Source of the DNA: Balanoglossus misakiensis
Lineage: Eukaryota > Animalia > Hemichordata
Direction: 5' to 3'
Assembly: GCA_040954595.2 (NCBI GenBank)
Contig: JBECUI020000025.1
Location: forward strand, 248,001 to 312,000
DNA: 64,000 bases
Positions 49,773 to 61,347 of this stretch are shown here, piece after piece. A program made the translations under genes and the position numbers. Position 1 is the first letter of the stretch; each line of letters begins with the position of its first letter. Below the pieces are notes generated by a model. The model was not told the DNA's origin and made no database searches. It saw nothing but the letters and a program-made list of their open reading frames with translations.

Positions 49773-50538
49773 ATGCAGGAAAAGATGCAAAAAACAAACC
49801 ATAACAAAGAAATAGCAGAATTAATCAGTATTAGTCAGCAACTCTCGCAAGACCTAGAAGATTTGCGTTTTTCAGTCGACTATATCTATGACCCGACACA
49901 GTACGCACAAAAATCCTGGCATTGCTATCTGAAAACATACGCAAAGAAACCTAAAAAAACAATCTTTTTCGGAATGAACCCTGGTCCGTGGGGATGGTCC
50001 AGACCGGTGTTCCCTTCGGAGAAGTATCTATTGTGCGCGATTGGCTGGGAATTAATGAAACTGTTTCCGCCCCGGAACGGCAACATCCGGCAAACCTGTT
50101 CTCGGCTTTGCCTGTCCTCAGAGTGAAGTCAGTGGAAGACGGTTCTGGGATTGATGAAAAAACAATTCATTATGCCCGAGAACTTCTTTCAAAATCATTT
50201 CGTATGGAATTACTGCCCGCTCGCCTTTATTAATAAAACAGCACGTGGCAAAAATATTGTGCCCCTGCAACTCCCCGCAGCCGAACGCCGGGCACTCTAC
50301 GAGATCTGCGATAACAGTATTGCAGCTATGTTAACCTGTATGGAGCCCTCATACGTAGTCGGGATTGGGCAATTTGCTGAAACACGACTACGTCATATTA
50401 TCGAATGCGGACAGTGGGCAGAATCTTGCAAATATATCGGTTTCGCGAATACTCCATCCCAGTCCCGCGAATCCTCGTGCAAATAACAACTGGCAAGAAG
50501 TAGCATGCGCCGAACTTCAAGAGGCAGGGATATGGTAA
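49773..50538 (+). CDS. SMUG1-type single-strand-selective uracil-DNA glycosylase (apparent frameshifts)
   Basis: [35 protein letters not shown] and LHPSP across frames. Confidence 0.88.
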
Positions 50539-50540
50539 AA

Positions 50541-51547
50541 CTACTCGGAATTACCAAAGGTTAACAGAATAGGCAGATGATCGGAAACAGCATCCTGTCT
50601 TTTCAGCTGCCATGCCCGCGGAATACCGTCTGCCGTTATGGAGATCGGGAGTACTCATAACAGAGAAGGAATGGAATCGATCGGCAGAAGATCTTGTTAA
50701 GAGTGCCCCATCCAATGCATGCCAATCTCCGCGAAAGTAATAAGTCCCGGGAAGGGCAACCTCGACCTGCTCATCAAGCCATGGGCTGTAATAGACATAA
50801 CCAAAAGAACTCGGACCGACGTCATCAATATCACCACTAATAAGAAGGGCATCACCGAGGTCTGCTGGAGGCGGGCTTCCCACCGGATGGAAGGCAGTTG
50901 CATAGGCACCATCGTGCAGAATATAGTCTTCGGGTGATTCATTAAAATCGCCGACTGCAATAATCATTGCACCGGGGTCGGTACGGAGTACATCGGCAAT
51001 TGCACGACTCAAGCTCGCTGCCTGCATGCGCCGGAAGACCTCAGTTGCCGATGCCCCACCCCGCCGTGATTTCCAGTGATTGACAAAAACATAGATCCTC
51101 TGCTCCCCACTTTGGAGAAAGACCTCCAGTATATTTCGGAAGTGCATGCTGTGATACTGTAAGCCATGTTCGCGTACTCGCACAATGGGATAACGCGAGA
51201 GCAGGGCAAGCTGTATGGCACCTGATGCATGTGTTACTGCTCGGTAAGGGATAGATGTTGCCGGCAATATCGCCTGCTACCTTGTCATTCTCTATCTCCT
51301 GTAAGGCAAGAAGATCGGGAGGGGGATCAAGGCGGTTTATGACACTCTGCAGGGTATGTAAGCGGTACTTATACTGGGCATCTGTCCAGCCGTTTTCAGG
51401 CAGATACTCAGGATACTCGCTGCCGTCTTCCTGTGCATCAAAGAGATTCTGTACGTTGTAGGACATAAGAGTGAGTACTCTGCTCGTATTGCTTTGACAG
51501 GCAGTAGTCGATAAAATAAGAATGAAAAGACAGAATAACAACTGCAT
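50541..51547 (-). CDS. Endonuclease/exonuclease/phosphatase family lipoprotein (apparent frameshifts)
   Basis: SYNVQNLFD, LQEIEN, NHWKSR, GDFN, SDHLP. Confidence 0.88.
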
Positions 51548-51570
51548 ACGTACGTAAAATACCGTACAAT

Positions 51571-52188
51571 CTATTCTACTACTTCATTTTTTGCTGGTGC
51601 GTGGCACAACTTCGCTATGATGAGTAATAATACGAGAAACTAATCCGTGTTTCCGTAGGCCTGTGCTTCAGTGGCACCCATCCAGTAATCCCGCTCAGTA
51701 TCCTGCTCAACTTCGCTTATGCTTTTGCCGTTTCTTCGGATATAACCTGATTAATGCGCGTGCGTGTCTTTTCGATCTCTTCAGCATGTATCTCAATATC
51801 ACTGGCAACTCCCCGCAACCCAGCAAGGGGTTGATGAATGAGATAATGAGAATTTGGAAGAGCCAATCGTTGTTTCTTCGGCGCAGCAAGAAGCACCAAT
51901 GCCCCTGCACTCGCAACCAGTCCCATCCCGATGATATAGACCTTTGCATTGACAAAACGAATCATATCAAAAATAGCAAATCCTGCATCAACATCACCAC
52001 CAGGTGAATCAATGAACAGCTTAATGGGATCCTGCTCCATGTGTTCCAGCAAGAGCAGTCTACTAATAACGTTCTCTGCCATCAGTTTATCAATCTCGCC
52101 GGATAAAAGGATACATGATGTATCCAACATTTTTTGATGCATGCTCTTTCGTTGCAGTGCTTCCTGGTCTTCTTTTTTTTTTACTCAT
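51571..52188 (-). CDS. clpP: ATP-dependent Clp protease proteolytic subunit (apparent frameshifts)
   Basis: IDSPGG, GLVASAG, YLIHQP. Confidence 0.92.
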
Positions 52189-52239
52189 GATTATACTCCT
52201 GTCATAGGAAAAGATACAATTTAAAGTATACTGTATTCT

Positions 52240-53140
52240 GTGGAAAATAAACAAGCCTACCGGTGTGGTGTTGTAGCCATTCTCGGAAGACCATCAACTG
52301 GAAAATCCAGTCTAATAAACCGACTCTGCGGACAGATGGTTGCCATTGTATCCCGCTCCCGCAAACGACTAACAATATGATACGTGGCATCGTAAGCAGA
52401 AAAAAGGGACAGATCATATTCTGCGACACCCCGGGTTTTCATGATTCAAACAAACCGATAAACCAGAGACTTCGGTCAGTTACCCTCCGCAGTTTAGTTG
52501 ATATTGACTGCCTTCTCTACATGATTGACTGCATCCGACCACCGGGCAAGGAAGAAGAGGAACTAGCAACATTAATAGGGGAACTCACCTGTCCTGTCTT
52601 TGTCGCTGTAAACAAGATTGATTGCATGCAGAATAAAGAGATCCGGACAAGCTGCTTGAATTTATCAACACAATACTGAGCCCCCGGAGCATTCTTCCCA
52701 TCAGCGTACACGAAGGGCACAATATTGAACAGCTCACCTCCCTCCTGATCGAAGCCCTGCCGGTCAGCGAAGCACTCTATCCCGATGATATCTATACCGA
52801 CCAAGAACCCCGTTTTCGGATATCAGAGGTCATTCGTGCACAGGCATGGCGTTTACTCCGGGAGGAGCTGCCGTATTCTATTTTTATTGATGTCTATGAC
52901 TTGCAAAAAAAGAATACGAAGGGGCGCCCCCTCGTTGCCAAGGCAACGATCTTTGTTGAACGAGAAAGCCAAAAGGGAACGGTTGTCGGTAAGGGCGGCA
53001 AAACTATTGGACTGATTCGATCCGGTGCTGAATCGGTATTATTGCGTCTTTTTCCCTATCCGGTGAGACTTCACCTGCGAGTTCAGGTATCTCCAAAATG
53101 GCGCAAGAATCCCGCAATTCTTAAGCGCAATATCTACTAA
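52240..53140 (+). CDS. era: GTPase Era (apparent frameshifts)
   Basis: [22 protein letters not shown] and KH-domain [14 protein letters not shown]. Confidence 0.93.
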
Positions 53141-53881
53141 TTACTTCTCAAAAGTTAGGTTAGCTGGAAGATACACCTGGGTTATACACCCGTGTCGTAA
53201 CAGTAGCATTATCTTCACCGATAAAGACATGCATCTCGGGTAGATGCGCAAAAATGCCGTTTGCTACGACCCCGGTAGTGCATTGAGTTCCTGTTCAAGT
53301 GCCGGTGGATTGGAGATGTTCGGGAAACGAACATCGATAATGATATTGCCGTTATCACTGACTACCGGACCGAGTTTCCTAATTGCTTGTCGAATAGTCG
53401 GTTCTGCCTGCATTTCGCGTATGGCATTTTGTACCGACATAACTGCAGTCGGCAAAACTTCCAACGGAACAGGCGATTTCTCGCCTAAGTAATGCACAAT
53501 CTTACTCTGATCAACTACACAAATAAATGTCTGGGAAGTATAGATAACTATCTTTTCCCATGTATGGGCTCCCCCACCACCTTTGATAAGAGAAAAATCG
53601 CTTGCTACCTCATCAGCCCCATCAATAGCTACATCCACTTTCCGCCACCTGATTGAAACTAACAACGGGCACCCCATGCTGATGACATAACCACTCAGTA
53701 TCCAAACTGGTGGGGACTATGTGCATATTACTGAGTTTACCACTCCGTAAGTGCTCAGCTATGCGAATGATGCACCACATACAGGTAGTGCCGCTTCTAA
53801 TCCAAGTGTAATGTCGGATTCTATCATGCTATCGACAGCATGATATGCTGTTGTTTTTTTTATATTCGTCTGATCAGACAT
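53141..53881 (-). CDS. rpiA: Ribose-5-phosphate isomerase A (apparent frameshifts)
   Basis: DVAIDGADEV, IKGGGGA..EK, PLEVLP, DNGNIIID. Confidence 0.92.
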
Positions 53882-53884
53882 GCT

Positions 53885-55430
53885 CTATCCTGTCTTTTTT
53901 GCATATGCCATACATTCCAAAACCCGATTCTTCCCAATTTGTACCATAAAGGCTGCCAAGCGTGGACCTCGAACTCTGTTAATAAGGGTTTTATACATTA
54001 TAGTACATATTTGCGCGACAGTAAAGCCACATTCGGCTGCCGTATCTTTTATGAGTCCACCAATAGCACGCTCCTCGTAGTCTATCGTCTCCAATGCCGA
54101 CATAATTTTCTCCAGGATAGCATGCTCATCCTCAGGAAAACTTGGCAATGGGCGTCTGCATTTCGGAGCCGAAATCGAAATTCTTCTGGTGCCCACCGTT
54201 CTACCCATTCTCGGGCACAACGCACCCGTGCCTTTGCCTGCGGACTATGAGCAACCGCGGCATAGTAGCGATCCAAGGTCATCTGCTCATCCCCATCCAT
54301 GAGTTGTACGAGATTGCACAGATGTCTCAAGGGAAGTTGCGGTTGTAATGTTTTCGCACCTTCTCCTACCTGCGAGAACTCATATATGCCGGTTTCATAT
54401 CCCTTGCCATCCTCATAGTATTCCCGTTCACATCGATCATAGTCTTCATAAATCTTGATGACATCAAGATCAAAGGATAAGGAAAATTCCCGATTGGGTC
54501 GGGTGCCTGCAAAGAGGTATCGGAGAACTTCAGGTTGATACACAGCCAACACTTCGTCCAGCGCTATGTTTGCCCCTGTCGAAGAAGACATCTTCCCACC
54601 TCGCCCCTTAATGCCAACAAAATCGTACTGGAAACTCACCGGTGGAGGGATATCGAATAGCTCCCGTGCTATTTCTCCTGCTGTTGCAAAACTCCCCCCA
54701 TCAGTATGATGATCCTTCCCTGCCGGTTCAAAATCAACATTATAGTGTTTCCATCGCATAGGCCAGTCAACACGCCAAAACAGCTTGCTATGTCCGTCGT
54801 TGCGAATGTCTATCTTGTCTTCCTGTTTGCTGTCTCGGCAATAGTAGCGGATCTGCCATTCCCCATCCCATTCCAAAATCTTTGTTCGGTCGCTATTCGT
54901 ATACCGACTGTAAACTGATATCGCCACCAGTCTTGCGACAGATCTTCGCTCCGGTGGCGGTTCAATATGTCTCGGATAGTGGATCGGTGCCTGAGTGCAT
55001 GCTGTATTTCAGTTGCATAACGTCTTTCCTGATACGCTGCCGATTGGGATATAACTCAGGAAAGATACCGAGGGAGGGTAAACAGGTTGCAAACCGTTCG
55101 GCCATTTGCTTCTGCATAACTCTTTTTTTGCCCATTCGGGTCCGGAATGGCACTGATAGGTTTGCCGAGATAGCTATCGTAACTCTCCTGCAGCGTTGCT
55201 GGACGCTTCCGAAAGACATCGTAATCATCCCAAAAGTAGAGAAAGATAACCTGTTTGCCGAGCTTCCGAAGTGCTGAGACCACCAATTCGACTGAAATGA
55301 CCTCGCGAAAGTTTCCGAAATGTACTGTTCCCGAAGGGGTAATGCCAGCAGCACAGACATAGTGCTCTTTCTCCCCACGTTCTGCAATAATGCGTTCCGC
55401 CCAGTAATATGCCCAATGATTTGTATGCAT
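53885..55430 (-). CDS. lysS: Class I lysyl-tRNA synthetase (apparent frameshifts)
   Basis: GITPSGTVHFGNFRE, WRVDWPMRW, EPAGKDH, KMSSS, GPRL. Confidence 0.95.
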
Positions 55431-55517
55431 TAGTTATTTTCGGCAATGTATGCTAAACATGTCAAGTACCGGAACTACAGTATTATTTACTGGGGTAAAA
55501 ATACCGAATATAGAGAT

Positions 55518-56187
55518 ATGAAGAAAACACTAATTGTTATGTACGCACTTATTCCCTTATTATCGATAGTAGCAGGACCTGATATTGATGTTTTTCCCCA
55601 AGATTACGAAAATTGAAAAAACTAATATCCAGTCCGATCTTGATCTTCCCATAACAGAGATGGGTGGACATCAAATTGTCGGTATTGCATCGTGGTACGG
55701 TACAAAGTTTCAAGGAAGATTAACGGCAAACGGTGAGGTATTTGATACCAATAAAATGACTGCGGCACACAGGACTCTTCCCTTCGGTTCCACAGTTATG
55801 GTTACCAATCTTGATAATAATACAAACGTCACTGTCCGAATAAACGATCGCGGTCCATTTGTGCAAAATAGGGTTATTGATCTCTCCCGCACTGCTGCTG
55901 CTCAATTAGATATGCTCCGAACAGGAACTGCCCCGGTTCGCCTTGATATTCAAGAATTAGGCGTCGTATCTCCCCACCGTGTTATACAGGTGTCTGCCTT
56001 TTCTGACGAAGGCAATGCCCTGGCATTGCAGGAGGAACTCTCAGCAGGCGGCTTTGCTCCATCCATTGAGGTTATAGGGAATATCCATCGGGTTGTTATC
56101 CGGGATGTCCATAGTAATAATTTAACAAGTGTACAAGAAAAACTTACCGATATGGGCTATTCCAATACCTTAATTCGTCGTCAATAG
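55518..56187 (+). CDS. rlpA: RlpA-family septal lytic transglycosylase with SPOR domain
   Basis: GIASWYG, TANGE, TAAHRTLPFG, RINDRGPF, IDLS. A signal peptide starts at ATG 55518, with one slip before 55585. Confidence 0.92.
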
Positions 56188-56236
56188 CTTGAACCAAACT
56201 GCGACAATATGATAGTATAGCTCTATAAAGCTAAAC

Positions 56237-56310
56237 GGGCCCATAGCTCAGTTGGTTAGAGCGACGGACTCATAATCCGCAGGTCCCAGGTTCGAGTCCT
56301 GGTGGGCCCA
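56237..56310 (+). tRNA. tRNA with CAT anticodon (probably tRNA-Ile2; elongator Met not excluded)
   Basis: GGGCCCA/TGGGCCC acceptor stem, TAGCTCAGTTGGTTAGAGC D arm, CTCATAA loop, GGTTCGAGTCC T arm. No encoded CCA. Confidence 0.95.
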
Positions 56311-56394
56311 ACATTGTTGGTCGGGGCATTGCATCCTACCCTGCCGGTAATACTCTATACTCGTTATGTAAATACAGGAGTTTGCAACGGAAAA

Positions 56395-58219
56395 ATGGAT
56401 GGTGAATCAAAAGATATTGTCGCCGAGAACGTTGGGAAACTAAAAAATTTGTTCCCTGAAGTTTCACCGACGGCAAGGTAAATTTTGACACCCTGAAGGA
56501 AGTGCTCGGCGAGTTTATTGACGAACGCAAAGAGCGATATAACTTTACATGGAACGGCAAGAGTCAAGCCGGCTGCTTGCCCAGACGCCCAGCACCGGCA
56601 CCCTGCGCCCCTGCAAGGAAGAGTCGGTGGATTGGGATGACACGAAAAACATCTTCATTGAAGGCGACAACCTTGAAGTCTTGAAACTCCTGCAGAAGAG
56701 CTATCACAAAAAGATAAAGATGATCTATATCGACCCTCCATATAACACAGGGAAGAACTTTATCTATAAAGATAACTTCAAGTGCAACAGCAAGAAATAC
56801 AAGAAAATGACAGCTCAGATGAATGCCGATGGACAAAATATTTTCAATAATCTGGAAACCAGTGGACGCTATCATACTGACTGGCTGAATATGATGTACC
56901 CACGTTTGAAGCTGGCAAGAAACCTGATGAGGGATGATGGGGTTATTTTTATCAGTATTGATGATACTGAAGTATCAAATCTCAAAAAAATGTGTGATGA
57001 GATATTTGGTGAAGAGAATTCTATTACAACATTTGCATGGGAAAAAAAGAAGAAACCTTCATTTCTGAATAAGAACTTAGGAACAAAATTTGAATACATT
57101 TGTGTGTATGCAAAAGATAGAGATGCAACAACGGCTTTTTCTGTTGAACTTACTACAGAAGGAAAGAAATATCCTTTCAACAACGCAGGAAATAGCCTTG
57201 CGATCCTCAGATTCCCCGCTGGAAGTGTGAACTTTAATATGCCGGATGGGGTTATCCAACCTCAAGATATGTCTGAAGGAAAAATAAAAACCGAACTTCT
57301 CAGCAAACTAACAATCGTTAATGGCAGAAATGCCGAAGCCTTTGAACTGCAGGGAGAATGGCGTTACTCTCAATCAAAGCTCAACGAGATTGTTGATGCC
57401 GGCGAGAAAATTCTAATAAGCAAAATGCCGTTTCGCCCGAACCACATCAAGAAGGGTGGTGAAAGAAAGAAAATGCATAACTTACTGAGTATCGCACACT
57501 ATAACATTGCTACGAATGAAGATGCTGACGCTGAGCAAGTTGACCTGATGGGAGCAAGTTTTTTTGACTATTCAAAACCGCTTGGCCTAATCTGCCTTCT
57601 TATGAAGGCATTTCTTTATGATAGCGAAGAATCATTAATCCTTGACTTCTTTGCCGGAAGCGGAACCACTGGACATTCGGCTTTGGCTTTCAATGTAGCA
57701 AATAATTCCAACCATAAATACATGATGGTACAACTCCCCGAACCATGTGGTGCAGGATCCGAGGCCTATCAGGCGGGCTACAAAACTATCGCAGACATTG
57801 CCAAAGAACGTATGCGCCGTGCTGCTGCAAAGATCAAAGAAGCGAACCCCAATTATACCGGCGACCTGGGTTTCAAAGTATTCAAGCTTGATTCCACCAA
57901 CATTAAACCTGATAGCAGCGAAGATGGTATCCTTTATGAAGTACTGCTTAAGTACGGACTTGATCTTACACTGCCTATCAGCACAGAGAACATCGCTGGA
58001 GAAAAGCTATTTGATATCGGCATGGGAAAACTCATAGTTTGCCTGTCGGATGTTATCACTCTTGAAATGCTTGAATGTATCGCCAAACTGAAGAATGAAC
58101 GTAATCCTGAAAACATGTGGGTGGTATTTAATGACTCAGGCTTTAAGCACGACGTGGTCAAAAGCAATGCGGTTCAGATTCTCAAACAGTCCGGCATTGT
58201 TGATATAAGGAGTTTGTAA
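56395..58219 (+). CDS. Type III Mod-like N6-adenine DNA methyltransferase (5' end split by apparent frameshifts)
   Basis: MDGESKDIV...LFPEV..., IEGDNLEVLK, IYIDPPYNTG, HTDWLNMMYPRL, DFFAGSGTT. Confidence 0.92.
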
Positions 58220-61200
58220 TGGAAAAATTTGAACCCCTACTACAACCTGATATCGAGAGAACATCACCAGAAAAGAAAACTGATAAAGCAGAATTTGACC
58301 CCGGGCAAATCGTTGTTGTCAAATCAAACCCATTAAGTCAAGGTGCTGTTACTAGTGTCTTGTACGGCAAAGAAGAGAACCGCTTCAAGGTTTTCATAGA
58401 TGGGAGAACCCAAACGTTTTACGCATCCCAGCTACTGGCGGGAGACCAGGATAAGGCAAAAGAATCCCGTGTACCCTGCGAGCAATTCCATGCTCATCTC
58501 ACCGCATTACAGATTAAGTATCCGGGACTTTCCACCCTTTATTCGCTTAACGCTGCCCGCGTCGACTTTATTCCTTATCAATTCAGACCCGTATTACGTT
58601 TTATCCGTTCGGATCGACCACGTATGCTCATTGCAGACGGTGTTGGTGTAGGGAAAACCATTGAAGCTGGACTTATTCTACGGGAACTTCAGGCACGCCG
58701 TGAAATACACTCTGTCCTTATCGTTTGCCCCCGCCCCCTTGTAACCGAAAAAAAATGGCTGAACGAAATGAAACGTTTTGAAGAGCGTTTTACCCATCTT
58801 GATGGTCCGATTTTGAGATATTGCATCAATGAGATGGACCTTGACGGAGTCTGGTCGGAACAACATCGCAAGGTTATTATTCCATACTCCGTGTTCGATA
58901 AGTTGCTTCTGTATGGCTCGCCACCTGAAGGGAAAATCAAACGAAAAAAAGGCTTGTTGGATCTCGACCCACCGCCACGTTTCGACTTGGTTATTGTAGA
59001 CGAGGCACACCATGTTCGCAATCCGGAAACATACAGCCACAAAGCAGTGAGATTTTTCTGCGATCACGCCGAGGCGGTTCTGTTCCTGACTGCTACCCCG
59101 ATTCAGCTTGGGAATAATGATCTCTTTGTACTTTTGAACATTCTCCGTCCAGACCTCATTATTGATCAAAAAAGTTTTGCTCACATGGCGGAACCGAACC
59201 TGTTTATCAATCAAGCTGTATCTGCCATGCGGTCTCAAGAGCCTGATTGGCAAAACCAGGCATTAAAGGCCCTTAAGCAAGCATCCTCTACCGCTTGGGG
59301 CACGTCCATACTTGTGCAGAATCCGGATTTTCGACGGATATGCTCTGAGCTTTCGAGTAGCAAAATTTCACACACGGAACGCGTAAAAATGATCTCCGAT
59401 ACCGAGAATATGTATACCTTTGCCGGAGTTATCAACAGGACACGTCGGCGCGATATTGAGAACTTCACAGTGCGAAAACCTGAGACGGTCAGCGTACCAT
59501 TTACTCCCGCACAACAACTTTTGCATGACAAACTATTGGGAATTCAGGCAGAAATATTTAGTCAACTTTACGATAGCGTTAACGTGAAGTTCATGATGAC
59601 AACCATCCGACGACAAGCGGTCAGTTGCCTCTTTGGTCTTGTTCCTTTTCTTGAGGATATTCTTAATCGCCATCTGGATGAACTAGAATGGGAAGAGGCA
59701 GACAATACCTTTGTACCTGATGATTCAGCACTCTTGCCCATTCGGACTCAAATTAAGAACATCCTTGAAGCTGCCCGTTCTCTGGAAATAAAGGACCCAA
59801 AACTCGAGGCGTTGCGAAAAATTATTAGAGACAAGCAATCGCTACCGAACAACAAGATAATGCTGTTCAGCAGCTTCCGACATACATTAAGTTACCTCTT
59901 CAATCATCTTAGCAAGGATAAAGTCCGCGTGGGGATGGTCCATGGGGGAACCCCTGACGAGGAACGCATGGCACTCCGTTCCCGTTTTGAAAAAACAAAG
60001 GATAATGAAGACTCTCTTGACCTCTTGCTGTTCTCCGAAATTGGCTGTGAGGGACTTGACTACCAGTTCTGTGACTGCATTGTGAACTACGATCTCCCGT
60101 GGAATCCCATGAGAGTTGAACAGCGAATCGGCCGTATCGACAGAAAAGGGCAAAAGAGCGAAACGGTTGCGATTGTCAACTTAGTTGTTCCGGGAACAAT
60201 AGATGCAGATATCTATTATAAATGCCTGATACGTATTGGTGTTTTTAATAACGCCCTTGGGGGAAGCGAGGAGATACTTGGCGATATAACCCGCAAGATC
60301 AAGAATATTGCAGAAAACTATAAACTGAGCGAAGAGGAACGCAAAAAGAAATTGCAGCAGTTAGCCGACAACAAAATTCGCTTTGTCCAGGAGCAGGAAG
60401 ACCTGGAGCAAAAACAGGCAGAGTTATTTGGAATTCGATTTCCCAAAGAACAGATGGACCGAGAAATTGCCAATGCGGAGAGTTTTTGGCTCTTACCAGC
60501 TTCACTTCACAAAATGGTTACCCTTTACCTACAGCACGTATGCGACAAGAACCAGGAGTTTATTCTTGGAGAAAAGTCGCTCAAAACACTTCGGCTGGCC
60601 CAAGAAGCCCGAAACAGCCTCTTAAAAGATTTTCAGCAGCTTCCATCCATGCGACAGACCCAAAATTACCGAGAATGGGAAACGTGGCTCAAAGGAGGAG
60701 ACCAGCATTTGACTATTACCTTTGAATCTGATTGTGCCATGCAAAACCCCAAGGCGGCATTTATTATGCCACTGCACCCACTTGTCAAACAGGCTGCCAT
60801 GTTCTTTGATACGCAGAAACGCTTTTTCACTAATTTGACGGTACAATCGAACGAGATACCTGCAGGACCTTACGAATTTGCCATGTATCAATGGCGTTTT
60901 CAGGGCATTAAGGAAGACTTGGTGCTTAAGCCAATTGCTTTGAACCCTGTGGTAACAGACCACCTGAGTCGTCTTCTGGAGAATGCTACGGACTCTTCCG
61001 ATGCAACACCGGATGTATTTGACGATGCCATCAAGAATGATCTGGACACTCAGCACTATCGTTTGTGGAACGATGCTAGAGAACGGCATAAAACAGAGAC
61101 ACTGGAACACGTCCAGTACCGCCGGGAAAGCCTCTTAACCAGCCATACAGCACAGCTCGCCATTTTGGAAGAGCAACTCGAACAAACTACCAACGAGAAG

Positions 61201-61347
61201 ATACAAATAATGCGTCAATCTCAAATTGCTACAGAGAATACAAACTATGCAAGACGAAGCAAGGAATTGGATATCGCACAGGAAAGAGCAGATATCCTTG
61301 CCGAATCGGTTGCATATGGTGTAATTCATGTTATGGGGGGAAAATGA
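58219..61347 (+). CDS. SNF2/HepA-like superfamily 2 helicase
   Basis: PYQ, ADGVGVGKTIEAG, DEAHH, LTATP, NYDLPWNPMRVEQRIGRIDR. Confidence 0.93.
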   Translation: MEKFEPLLQPDIERTSPEKKTDKAEFDPGQIVVVKSNPLSQGAVTSVLYGKEENRFKVFIDGRTQTFYASQLLAGDQDKAKESRVPCEQFHAHLTALQIKYPGLSTLYSLNAARVDFIPYQFRPVLRFIRSDRPRMLIADGVGVGKTIEAGLILRELQARREIHSVLIVCPRPLVTEKKWLNEMKRFEERFTHLDGPILRYCINEMDLDGVWSEQHRKVIIPYSVFDKLLLYGSPPEGKIKRKKGLLDLDPPPRFDLVIVDEAHHVRNPETYSHKAVRFFCDHAEAVLFLTATPIQLGNNDLFVLLNILRPDLIIDQKSFAHMAEPNLFINQAVSAMRSQEPDWQNQALKALKQASSTAWGTSILVQNPDFRRICSELSSSKISHTERVKMISDTENMYTFAGVINRTRRRDIENFTVRKPETVSVPFTPAQQLLHDKLLGIQAEIFSQLYDSVNVKFMMTTIRRQAVSCLFGLVPFLEDILNRHLDELEWEEADNTFVPDDSALLPIRTQIKNILEAARSLEIKDPKLEALRKIIRDKQSLPNNKIMLFSSFRHTLSYLFNHLSKDKVRVGMVHGGTPDEERMALRSRFEKTKDNEDSLDLLLFSEIGCEGLDYQFCDCIVNYDLPWNPMRVEQRIGRIDRKGQKSETVAIVNLVVPGTIDADIYYKCLIRIGVFNNALGGSEEILGDITRKIKNIAENYKLSEEERKKKLQQLADNKIRFVQEQEDLEQKQAELFGIRFPKEQMDREIANAESFWLLPASLHKMVTLYLQHVCDKNQEFILGEKSLKTLRLAQEARNSLLKDFQQLPSMRQTQNYREWETWLKGGDQHLTITFESDCAMQNPKAAFIMPLHPLVKQAAMFFDTQKRFFTNLTVQSNEIPAGPYEFAMYQWRFQGIKEDLVLKPIALNPVVTDHLSRLLENATDSSDATPDVFDDAIKNDLDTQHYRLWNDARERHKTETLEHVQYRRESLLTSHTAQLAILEEQLEQTTNEKIQIMRQSQIATENTNYARRSKELDIAQERADILAESVAYGVIHVMGGK

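Noticed and set aside
46540-56580. True pseudogenes or programmed frameshifting in lysS, era, clpP, rpiA and moxR
   Set aside because: These are essential or conserved genes with intact motifs and clustered homopolymer indels, so sequencing error is more parsimonious.
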